Origin: Gammaproteobacteria bacterium
GTDB lineage: Bacteria; Pseudomonadota; Gammaproteobacteria; Ga0077536
Assembly: GCA_035325705.1 (NCBI GenBank)
Contig: DAOKZI010000008.1
Span: 61,451-125,450, forward strand
Direction of reading: 5' to 3'
Length of the DNA stretch: 64,000 nt
Position 1 is the first letter of the stretch, and every line of letters begins with the position of its first letter. The notes under the pieces were generated by a model. It searched no databases, had not been told where the DNA came from, and saw only the letters and a list, made by a program, of their open reading frames with translations. Of the stretch, positions 55,369 to 63,397 are shown piece by piece. The translations under genes were made by a program, and so were the position numbers.

Positions 55369-55638
55369 TTACCAGGCGTTGCGGCGCGGCCGCTCTTCGC
55401 GCGGCTTTGCTTCGTTCACGCGGATGTTGCGTCCCTTCAGCGGCTTCTCGTTCAGGGCGCGGATCGCGGCATTCGCCTCAGACGTGTTCGGCATCTCGAC
55501 GAAGCCGAAGCCCTTCGACTGACCGGAGAACTTGTCGGTGATGATGGAAGCGCTCGAGACTTCGCCCGAGGCGCCGAAGGCTTCGCGGAGATCGGCGTCG
55601 GTGACGCTATAGGCCAGATTGCCAACGTAAATATTCAT
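55369..55638 (-). CDS. RNA-binding protein, RRM (RNP-1/RNP-2) type
   Basis: 89 aa. RNP-2 is IYVGNL and RNP-1 is KGFGFVEM. Confidence 0.9.
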   Translation of the reverse strand: MNIYVGNLAYSVTDADLREAFGASGEVSSASIITDKFSGQSKGFGFVEMPNTSEANAAIRALNEKPLKGRNIRVNEAKPREERPRRNAW

Positions 55639-55900
55639 TCACTACTCACTACAGATTACGTGCCTTGTCCTTTTTCACCTCACGCGACTCCAATGACACA
55701 AGTATGTCGCGTGACGATTCGCCGCAGGGCGGCAAATACGGTTGCTCGGGCAGCGGGCGAGGGGAACTCCTGGGGGCCAGCGGCGGGGCGTAGAGCCGGC
55801 TCGAAGCGCCGGCGGATGGAGGCACTCTACGCGAATTCCCCGCGGAATGGCAGCGCCGCGTGCCCGCCGCCCGATCCGGCCGGTGGCGGCGCGGTGAGGA

Positions 55901-56308
55901 TCACTCCGGCACGTAGGCGTTGACCTGGATTTCGACCACCTGACCCGGGAAGCTCAGCGCGGTCACGCCGATGCCGGTCCAGGCCGGCGGCGGGTTCGTG
56001 CGCAAGAGGTAGCGGTCCTTTACCTGGCAGAAAAGCGCGAGCTGCTCCTGGATACCCACGTGATAAGTCGTCATCGCATAGACGTGCTCGAGCCCCGCGC
56101 CGGCCGAGGCCAGCACCGTCTTCACGTTCTCCCAGGCCTGCACGATCTGCGCTTCGAGATCTTCGGCCACGCGCATGTCCGCGTCGCGGCCGACTTGTCC
56201 CGCGCAGCTCACCCACGGCCCGATTCGCACCGCCGGCGCATAGTGGAAACGCTCGACGATATTCTGCATCGTCGGCGGCACGCAGGTCTCACGTTTCATC
56301 ATCGACAT
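55901..56308 (-). CDS. RidA/YjgF family protein
   Basis: 135 aa with a YjgF-like pattern (VSCAGQVG ... VEIQV). Confidence 0.85.
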   Translation of the reverse strand: MSMMKRETCVPPTMQNIVERFHYAPAVRIGPWVSCAGQVGRDADMRVAEDLEAQIVQAWENVKTVLASAGAGLEHVYAMTTYHVGIQEQLALFCQVKDRYLLRTNPPPAWTGIGVTALSFPGQVVEIQVNAYVPE

Positions 56309-56379
56309 GGTGGCTCTCCGTTGGTCTGTGTCGAAAGAATGTAAGCCGGGGATATTCGTCGCACGTCGTTCACGGCAGC

Positions 56380-56564
56380 GATCCCGGATTCCGCGCTATC
56401 CGGGGCGCTCCTCTTGTAGCCCGGATGAGCGCAGCGAATCCGGGATCGGGTCCACATGAGCCGCCGACATTTCGCAGAACGCGAGCTTCACGGCTCGAGG
56501 CACGGCCGAACCGATGCGCCGCCTTGGCCGAGGATCCCGGATTCGCTGCGCTCATCCGGGCTAC
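56380..56564. repeat. degenerate C-inverted unit plus 149-bp B-long element
   Basis: The degenerate C unit is at 56380-56413. B forward is at 56416-56447, the core is 85 bp, and B inverted is at 56533-56564. Confidence 0.85.
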
Positions 56565-56573
56565 GAAGAGGGG

Positions 56574-57152
56574 TTACGGCGCGGGCGGCAGACGCCGCGC
56601 GATGTCCTGCGCCAGCGCGCCGACCGCGTCCGACGCGGCGGCGACGATCGCATCGTAATCATCCGCCGCGCCCGTCACCGGCAGCGCGATCGCGCTGTCG
56701 AAGGCCTGCGGGGCTACGCCGTCGGCCGCCTGCACGGTCCAGCGCGCGTTGAGGTGCAGCACGCCTTCCGCGCCGCGTTCGAAGCGCTGCACGTCGACGG
56801 TGATCCGGCGCGGCGGCGCCGGCGCGCCGCGCCACGGCCACGGGACCAGTTGTGCGTCGGGCAGCGCCTGCGCGAGGCGCGCGAACAGCGCGCGCGAGAA
56901 GCTCTGCGCCAGCGGCTCGGCCCAGCGATGCTGCTGCGAGAGATGCAGCCGCGTCGCGCTCTCCCAGCTCACGATCTGCGGGCGATCGAGGTAGGCCGGC
57001 AGGCGCACGGGACCGAGGCCGAGGCGCGGCCCGCCGGCCTTGCCCACCGTCGTCGCATCGGGCGCATGGAGCAGGTAGTACTGCGCGGGCGGCGTGCGCG
57101 CGCAGCCGGCGGCGAGCATCAGCGCGAAGACGAGCAGCAGCGGCCGGCTCAC
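56574..57152 (-). CDS. ABC-type transport auxiliary lipoprotein (PqiC/YmbA, DUF330-like)
   Basis: The lipobox is LAAGC. YYLL and the DRPQIV pattern are present. It overlaps the MCE gene stop as ATGA. Confidence 0.8.
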   Translation of the reverse strand: MSRPLLLVFALMLAAGCARTPPAQYYLLHAPDATTVGKAGGPRLGLGPVRLPAYLDRPQIVSWESATRLHLSQQHRWAEPLAQSFSRALFARLAQALPDAQLVPWPWRGAPAPPRRITVDVQRFERGAEGVLHLNARWTVQAADGVAPQAFDSAIALPVTGAADDYDAIVAAASDAVGALAQDIARRLPPAP

Positions 57153-58204
57153 GGCGCGTCTCCGCGGCGGCCGCTCAACACGGACTCGGGCTGGGCTTCG
57201 AGCGCTTCGGCGAGCAGGCGCAGGGCGCGCGCCGCGGCGGTCGTCTCTTCCAGCATCTCGCTCAACTGATAATGCGTCACCGAGTTCTCCCCCGCGGCGT
57301 CGCGTAGCGCCTTCGCCGTGTTCGCGAGCTCCTCGCTGGCATGCGTGATCGCGCGCATCGGCGCGCTGTCGCCGCGCGTGAGCGCGGCGACGTTGCGCGC
57401 GCCTTCGTCGATGCGCGCGAGCGTCTGGCGGCCCGCGCGCAGCGTTTCCGCGCTTTCCTCCAGCGTCGCGCGCGTCGTGCGCAGGGTCGCGGCCGCCTCG
57501 TCCATGACCGTCTGCACGTCCCGGCTGACGACGTTCGCACGCTTGTCGAGGCGCGCCGTCAGCGAGGACAGGTGCTCCAGCGTCTGGTCGAGACTCGCCA
57601 GCGCGTGCGCAACCTCGGGCGAGGTCACCAGCTCGCGCACGGACTCGGAGATCGTCGAGATGTCCTCGACGAGCTGCTCGACGTTCAGCTTGTCGAGCTT
57701 GTTCGTGAACTCCTCGACCTCGGTCGGCAGGGTCGGGATTTCCGGGATGCCCTCGCCCTTGCCGTGCAGGGTCAGCGGGCGATCCTGATAGAAGTCGAGA
57801 TCGATGTAGAGCTGCCCGGTGAGAAAGCTCCAGGTCTTCAGCCGCGCGCGCAGTCCGCGCTGCAGGAGCTCGGAGTTTTCCGCGATGTCGTCGAGCGCGA
57901 CCGACTTGCCCTCGACGTTCTTCAGCACGTACTGATCCGTGCGCACGACGACGGGCACGAGGAAATCGAGCCGGCTCTCGTCGACCGACAGGCCGATGCT
58001 CTCGACGCTACCGATCTTCACGCCGCGAAACACCACCGGCGATCCGACTTGCAGGCCCGTCGCCGAGCCTTCGAAGTACATGATGTAGCGCGGTCGATCG
58101 CGCCAGAAGCCGCCGTCGGCGAGCAGCAGCACGGCGGCGACGATCAGCGCCGCCGCGCCGAGCACGAAGCCGCCGACGAGCTTCGGGTTAGCCTGCCGGC
58201 TCAT
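57149..58204 (-). CDS. MlaD/MCE family protein
   Basis: It has an N-terminal TM segment, the MCE core GLQVGSPVVFRGVKIGSV, and a long helical C-terminus. Confidence 0.9.
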   Translation of the reverse strand: MSRQANPKLVGGFVLGAAALIVAAVLLLADGGFWRDRPRYIMYFEGSATGLQVGSPVVFRGVKIGSVESIGLSVDESRLDFLVPVVVRTDQYVLKNVEGKSVALDDIAENSELLQRGLRARLKTWSFLTGQLYIDLDFYQDRPLTLHGKGEGIPEIPTLPTEVEEFTNKLDKLNVEQLVEDISTISESVRELVTSPEVAHALASLDQTLEHLSSLTARLDKRANVVSRDVQTVMDEAAATLRTTRATLEESAETLRAGRQTLARIDEGARNVAALTRGDSAPMRAITHASEELANTAKALRDAAGENSVTHYQLSEMLEETTAAARALRLLAEALEAQPESVLSGRRGDAP

Positions 58205-58947
58205 GCACCCCCCCGCTGCAGGAAGCTCCGGACCTTCTCGATCGGCCCGTGCGCGAGCGCTTTCGGATCGCCGGTCGCGATCATGGTCTTGGTATCCGCA
58301 TCGAGAAACACCGAGTTGTTGGCGATCGCAAAAATGCTCGCGAGCTCGTGCGTGACGAGCACGACCGTCGCGCCGAGGCTGTCACGCAGCTCGAGGATCA
58401 GCTCGTCGAGCCGCCGCGAGCTCAGCGGATCGAGGCCGGCCGAGGGCTCGTCGAAGAACAGGATCGCCGGGTCCAGCGCGATCGCGCGCGCGAGTCCCGC
58501 GCGCTTCTTCATGCCGCCGCTGATCTCCGACGGATAGAAGCCCTCGAAGCCGGCGAGGCCGACCAGGGACAGCTTCAGCGACACGATCTCCGCGACGAGA
58601 TCGCGCGGCAGCTCGGTAAATTCCTGCAGCGGCAAGGCCACGTTCTCCGCGAGCGTCAGCGAGCTCCACAGCGCCCCGGCCTGGAACAGCACGCCGAAAC
58701 TGCGCTGGCGCGCGAGCTGCGCCTCCGGGGGCGCCGACCAGTAATCCTCGCCATCGTACAACACGCTGCCTTGCGCCGGCCGGATGAGGCCGATCATCTG
58801 CTTCAGCAGCGTGCTCTTGCCGCAGCCGCTGCCGCCCATGATGACGAAGATGTCGCCGCGATTGACCGTGAAATTCAGATCGCGCTGGATGACGTAGTCG
58901 CCGTAGGCCATGGTCAGATCGCGGACCTCGATGTGCGCGGCCCCCAT
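58201..58947 (-). CDS. ABC transporter ATP-binding protein (MlaF-like)
   Basis: Walker A is GGSGCGKST, the signature is ISGGMKKR, and Walker B is ILFFDEP. Confidence 0.9.
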   Translation of the reverse strand: MGAAHIEVRDLTMAYGDYVIQRDLNFTVNRGDIFVIMGGSGCGKSTLLKQMIGLIRPAQGSVLYDGEDYWSAPPEAQLARQRSFGVLFQAGALWSSLTLAENVALPLQEFTELPRDLVAEIVSLKLSLVGLAGFEGFYPSEISGGMKKRAGLARAIALDPAILFFDEPSAGLDPLSSRRLDELILELRDSLGATVVLVTHELASIFAIANNSVFLDADTKTMIATGDPKALAHGPIEKVRSFLQRGGA

Positions 58948-58948
58948 C

Positions 58949-60118
58949 TCAGATCCCGAGCTTGTGGAACACGATGGTGAGCACCGAGGCCGAGATCGTG
59001 ATCAGCAGGATGCCGAGCACGACGGCCGAGGTCGTGGCTTCGCCGACCGCCTGGGCGCTGCGGCCGCACTGCATGCCGCGCAGGCAGCCGGCGTAGGCGA
59101 CGAGCGCGCCGTACACCGTGCCCTTGACGAGGCCGACGGCGAAGTGCTTCAGCTCGAGCGCGGTCAGCGTCTCGTTGTAGTACTCGTAGACGCCGACGTC
59201 GAACACGGCGACCGCGATCAGCATGCCGGCGAGGATGCCGACGATGCCGGCATAGAGCGTCAGCAGCGGCACCATCATCACCAGCGCCAGCATGCGCGGC
59301 AGCACGAGATAGTCGATCGGCGAGACGCCGAGCGTGCGGAAGGCGTCGATCTCCTCGTTGACCTGCATCGTGCCGAGCTGCGCGGCATAGGCGGCGCCGG
59401 TACGGCCGGCGAGGATGATGCCCGTCATCAGCGCTGCGACCTCGCGCACCACGCCGATGCCGACCAGATCGGCGATGTAGATCTGGGCGCCGAACAGCGC
59501 GAGCTGCACCGCGCCCATGTACGCGAGGATGGTGCCGACGAGGAAACTGATCAGCGAGACGATGGGCAGCGCGCGCGGGCCGACTTCCTCGATGAGCCAG
59601 GCGAGCTCTTCGCGGCGGTAACGGGCGCGCCCCGTGACGAAGCGCGCGAAGGAGAGAGCGATCTCGCCGGCGAACTCGATCATCCGCGGCAGATCGCGCC
59701 CGATCGCGAGCGTGGCCTGACCGAGCGTCGCGAGCAGGCCCGCCCGCTCGGCGGCGGCGCGCGGCGGGGCGGGCGGCACCGCGAAGGCGAGCGCGAGCAG
59801 GCGGCGCAGGCCCTCCGGGAGCGCGCTCTGATCGAGCTCGATGCCGCGCGCGCGGCAGTCGCGCAGGAGCGCGGCGAGAAAGCTCACGAGGCTCGTGTCC
59901 CAGTCGCGCAGCCCGTCCGCCGTCACCCGCATGCGCTGCGCCTGCGCGAGGCGCGCGGTAAAGCTTCGATAGCGCGGCACGCGGCCACGCAGCGACCAGT
60001 TGCCATGGAGCCGGATCTCGGGGGCCGCGGGCGTGCCGTCGATGACGATCAGATCGCGCCACTCGGCGCTGTCGTCGGCCGCCATGGCGGCGCGGGCCTC
60101 GCGGGAAGGACTCGGCAT
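58949..60118 (-). CDS. MlaE-family ABC permease with N-terminal STAS-like domain
   Basis: 389 aa. The C-terminal roughly 260 aa are MlaE-like (EIDAFRTLGVSP). The N-terminal roughly 110 aa form a soluble extension. Confidence 0.9.
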   Translation of the reverse strand: MPSPSREARAAMAADDSAEWRDLIVIDGTPAAPEIRLHGNWSLRGRVPRYRSFTARLAQAQRMRVTADGLRDWDTSLVSFLAALLRDCRARGIELDQSALPEGLRRLLALAFAVPPAPPRAAAERAGLLATLGQATLAIGRDLPRMIEFAGEIALSFARFVTGRARYRREELAWLIEEVGPRALPIVSLISFLVGTILAYMGAVQLALFGAQIYIADLVGIGVVREVAALMTGIILAGRTGAAYAAQLGTMQVNEEIDAFRTLGVSPIDYLVLPRMLALVMMVPLLTLYAGIVGILAGMLIAVAVFDVGVYEYYNETLTALELKHFAVGLVKGTVYGALVAYAGCLRGMQCGRSAQAVGEATTSAVVLGILLITISASVLTIVFHKLGI

Positions 60119-60219
60119 GCGGGCATTATACGGGCCGTGTGCGAGGTCAGGATGACGCGCGGGTGGACTTGCGCGCGGCTTTGCTCGATTCTGCCGGCGT
60201 CCAGTCTCGGGAGTCCGCC

Positions 60220-61095
60220 ATGCCCGTTCCCTACATGGAAACCATCGCGCGCCGCTACGCGCAGCTCGGCTATCAGGCCTACCGCTGGTTCGCGGCCGAC
60301 GCGCCCGCGGCCTTCACGCCGCTCGCCAAGCCGCTGGCGCAGGCCAGGCTCGGCATGCTGTCGAGCGCCGGCGTCTATGCGCTAGGCCAGGTCGCCTACC
60401 ACTACCGCGACGACTGCTCGATCCGCGAGATCGCGGCGACGACGCCGGACGCCAAGCTGCGTTTCTCGCACATCACGGAAAACTACCTCGTCGATCCGCG
60501 CCGCGATCCGGGCTGCATCTTCCCGCTGCGCGCGCTGCGCGAGGCGGTCGCGCAGGGTCTGATCGGCCGGCTCGCCGACGTCGTGCTGTCGTGCATGGGC
60601 GGCGTCTATTCGCAGCGCCGCGTGCGCGAGGACGTGGCGCCCGCCGTGCTGGCGGCGATGCAGCGCCAGGAGGTCGACGCCGCCTTGCTGATCGCGATGT
60701 GACCCGTGTGTCACCAGACCGTGAGTCTGGTCGCACGGCACCTCGAAGCGCACGGCATTTCGACGGTCTGCGTCGGCAGCGCCTACGACATCCTGGCCGC
60801 GGCGCGTCCGCCGCGCGCTTGCTACGTCGACTATCCGCTGGGCCATACGACCGGCAAACCCTTCGACCGGGCCGATCAGGCGAGCATCCTGCGCGCGGCG
60901 CTCGCCCTGCTGGAAAAGGCGACGGGACCGGACACGCTGCTCACCTTGCCCAATCGCTGGGGCGACGACGCATGGCGGGAAGAAGCCGCCTCGACGGAGG
61001 CGAAAGACACGCGCCAGCCGCGCGACGAGACGCCTCAATTCCAACTGCCCGCCGATCGCGCCGCGGCGATTGCGAGCGGCGCCTTCACGCCGTGA
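60220..61095 (+). CDS. GrdB/PrdB-family reductase-like protein, candidate selenoprotein (in-frame TGA at 60700-60702)
   Basis: Track ORFs 60139..60702 and 60706..61095 share one frame and are separated only by TGA. Read-through gives LLIAM-U-PVCHQTVSLVARHLEAHGIST. The ATG at 60220 lies 7 nt after GGGAG. The product would be 291 codons including the UGA. Confidence 0.65.
60708..60736 (+). promoter_or_regulatory. SECIS-like recoding hairpin candidate
   Basis: The upper stem ACCAGAC / GUCUGGU (60713-60719 with 60725-60731) carries the loop CGUGA and starts 10 nt after the UGA. A lower stem (60708-60711 with 60733-60736) follows a C-C mismatch. Confidence 0.4.
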
Positions 61096-61125
61096 TCGGA
61101 AGAACACGCCCCAGATCAATCTTCC

Positions 61126-61204
61126 GTAGCTTGGGCTGACGAAGGAAGTCCAACGTCTTCGTCGCAGCGCCGAACGTTGGGCTTCCTTCGTCAGCCCAAG
61201 CTAC
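61126..61204. repeat. D-hairpin inverted pair
   Basis: GTAGCTTGGGCTGACGAAGGAAGTCCAAC lies at 61126-61154 and GTTGGGCTTCCTTCGTCAGCCCAAGCTAC at 61176-61204. A degenerate REP follows at about 61224-61250. Confidence 0.85.
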
Positions 61205-61283
61205 GGTGTTCACCTGCGGTGTTCGTAGCCCGAACGAGCGCACACCCCGGGCGGCCGCTGCCGGCGGCCGCGCGGGTTGGGGC

Positions 61284-61574
61284 TCACTGCGGATCGATGC
61301 GGCCGTCGTTGTCGTCCGGGATCGGCACCAGGCTGTCGCGCTCCGCGCCGGGTCCGATATCGGGACCCGACGGGGCCTGGCGCACGTTCAGATTGTCCTG
61401 CTCCGTCGTCTGCGGGCGGTTCAAGGCCGGATCGCTGGCCGGAATGTCCGCGCTGTCGCCGTAGCTCGGCGCATCGGTCGCGTGCCGGTGATCGTCGGCG
61501 TACACGAACGTCGTGGCCATCGCGAGACAGATGCCGCAGAGCGTCGTCGTGAGGGTCGGATGCTTGCTGAACAT
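61284..61574 (-). CDS. small secreted acidic protein
   Basis: The ATG at 61572-61574 lies 6 nt after GGAGGAA. The signal peptide is MFSKHPTLTTTLCGICLAMATTFVYA. The 70-aa mature part is Asp/Pro-rich. The remainder of ORF 61284..61931 is shadow. Confidence 0.6.
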   Translation of the reverse strand: MFSKHPTLTTTLCGICLAMATTFVYADDHRHATDAPSYGDSADIPASDPALNRPQTTEQDNLNVRQAPSGPDIGPGAERDSLVPIPDDNDGRIDPQ

Positions 61575-61751
61575 GCGTGTTCCTCCATGAACGTAATCGG
61601 CCTTCACTATGAGCCCGCCCGCCGTGCGCGTGATGCCGGACACGGCGCGTCGCGGTGTCGCAGTGAGGTCGTGCGCCGCGTGTGCCTCGCCGACACGCGG
61701 CCGGGCGATCGCCGCTGGTGCGCGGCGATCCGCATGGGAAGAATGAGCTTC

Positions 61752-61937
61752 ATGGCGAAATACGGACCCAAAGCGAGCCGCAAGGTCGGCAAGGCGCTGC
61801 ACGAGATGAAGGCCGGGCGGCTGAAGTCCGGCAGCAGTGGGCGCAAGGTGAAGAATCCGAAGCAGGCGATCGCGATCGGGCTGTCGGAAGCGCGCGCCGC
61901 CGGGGCCAAGGTGCCGCCACCCCCGCGTCACAAGTGA
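61752..61937 (+). CDS. DUF6496-like small basic protein
   Basis: It reads MAKYGPKASRKVGKALHEMKAGRLKSGSSGRKVKNPKQAIAIGLSEARAAGAKVP. The start could instead be 61734 or 61743. Confidence 0.7.
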   Translation: MAKYGPKASRKVGKALHEMKAGRLKSGSSGRKVKNPKQAIAIGLSEARAAGAKVPPPPRHK

Positions 61938-61941
61938 GATC

Positions 61942-62820
61942 TCAGGAGCGACGCGCTGCCTCGCTCGCGCTGGCGGCCACGGCGGCGCCGAACAGGAAGG
62001 CTTGCGCCGCGTAGTACATCCACAGCGCGAGCACCGCGAGGCTGCCGGCCGCGCCGTAGATCGACACCACGCTGGCGCGGCCGATGTAGAGGCCGACGAG
62101 CTGCTTGCCGCCGGTGAACAGGATCGCGGCGACGAGCCCGCCGCTCACGGCGTGCGGCCAGCGTACCGGCCGATCCGGCAGCCACTTCAGGATGGCCGCG
62201 CTCACCGCCCACACGCCGAGCAGTCCGACGAAGAGATTGGCGAGATCGGCGAGCAGGGCGATTTCGCCCAGCGCGCTCTCGAGGCTCGCGGCCAGCGCCT
62301 GCAACAGCGCGCTCAACACGAGCGACACCAGCAGCAGAAAGCCGAGCGTCAGCAGCAGCGCGACGGCGAGCAGGCGTTTGCGCAGCGCCGCGACCAGACC
62401 GCCCGTCGCCTGTGCCGGCCGGAACACGTGATTGAGCGCCGTCGACAAGGTCGTCAGCGCGCCGCTCGCGCCGACGATCAGCGCCCCTAGCGCGAGCAGC
62501 GAAGCGAGGCCGCTGCTCGGTTCGACGCGCGCTGCGAGCACGGCGCGCTCGATCAATGCCGCGCTGTCGGCGCCGACCAGGCCCGCGAGCTCCTTGAACA
62601 CATAGCCCTGCGCGGCGTCGGTGCCGAAGACGAAGCCGGCGACGGCGATCACCACGACCAGCACGGGTGCCAGCGAGAAGATCGCGTAGTAGGCGAGCGC
62701 GGCGCCGAACAGCAGGCAGTCCTCCGCCAGATAGCGGCGCCCGGCCGCGATCAACACCCGCCCGATCGCGCGCGTCCGCTTCACCAGGCCGGCGGATCGC
62801 TGGCCGGAAACGATTCCCAC
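61942..62820 (-). CDS. YihY/BrkB (virulence factor BrkB) family membrane protein
   Basis: It has six TM helices. AAALAYYAIFSLAP is typical of the family. The start may lie downstream of 62820 because of a 40-nt overlap with the next gene. Confidence 0.85.
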   Translation of the reverse strand: MGIVSGQRSAGLVKRTRAIGRVLIAAGRRYLAEDCLLFGAALAYYAIFSLAPVLVVVIAVAGFVFGTDAAQGYVFKELAGLVGADSAALIERAVLAARVEPSSGLASLLALGALIVGASGALTTLSTALNHVFRPAQATGGLVAALRKRLLAVALLLTLGFLLLVSLVLSALLQALAASLESALGEIALLADLANLFVGLLGVWAVSAAILKWLPDRPVRWPHAVSGGLVAAILFTGGKQLVGLYIGRASVVSIYGAAGSLAVLALWMYYAAQAFLFGAAVAASASEAARRS

Positions 62821-63095
62821 GAGGCTTCATCGACCAGATCGCGCGTGCCTTCGCCGTAGCGCAACTGCAGATCGGGACGGACCTCGGCCGCGGTGCGCAG
62901 ACCCGTCTTCTCGAGCAGCACGCAGCGCCCCGTCGCGGCCCGGTGCAGCAGCCAGGCTGCGGGCAGCCAGCGCAGGGCCCAGGGCAGTCCGGGCGGCAGT
63001 GCGAGCGCGACGAGCGCGCCGACGAAGGACAGCTCGCGCTCGCGCGAGCTCAGATTCTGCCGTCGCTCGACGGCGAGATTGTCGGGATGCGTCAT
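62781..63095 (-). CDS. DUF2892 (YgaP-like TM) domain protein with C-terminal SFPASDPP motif
   Basis: I chose the ATG at 63093-63095 (MTHPDNL). The NLSSRERELSFVGALVALAL pattern and the tail DEASWESFPASDPPAW are present. Confidence 0.55.
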   Translation of the reverse strand: MTHPDNLAVERRQNLSSRERELSFVGALVALALPPGLPWALRWLPAAWLLHRAATGRCVLLEKTGLRTAAEVRPDLQLRYGEGTRDLVDEASWESFPASDPPAW

Positions 63096-63161
63096 CGACG
63101 GTCTCCGCGGCGGGATGCCGGAGGGCAGCAAAGGCGGTGCCAGCGCGCGGCACGCCCAGTC

Positions 63162-63342
63162 GTAGCCCGGGTGGAGCGCGCAGCGCGCAACCCGGGATCG
63201 TACATTCAGCAGCCGCCGACACGGCGAAGAGCGCGGGCTTCTCGGTTCGAGGCATCGGCCGAAGGTATGCGCCCCGCTGGCCGAGGAGCGGGCGCGCGTT
63301 AAAGGACGAGATCCCGGGTTCGCTACGCTGCACCCGGGCTAC
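63162..63342. repeat. 181-bp element: REP-A termini around the core otherwise seen in B-long elements
   Basis: A forward is at 63162-63199 and A inverted at 63310-63342. The core 63200-63309 aligns by eye with the cores at 56448-56532 and 51548-51633 (..GCCGCCGACA..TCGAGGCA..ATGCGCC..GGCCGAGG). Confidence 0.8.
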
Positions 63343-63397
63343 GGAAGGCGTTGCGAAACGGCGTTGCGTGTAATTTTTGCCAAGGCTTCCGCAGGTC

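Noticed and set aside
61935-61944. 10-bp perfect palindrome TGAGATCTCA containing the stop codons of both convergent genes
   Set aside because: It is a real observation, but most simply a coincidence of two TGA stops 4 nt apart. There is no supporting stem extension or repeat.
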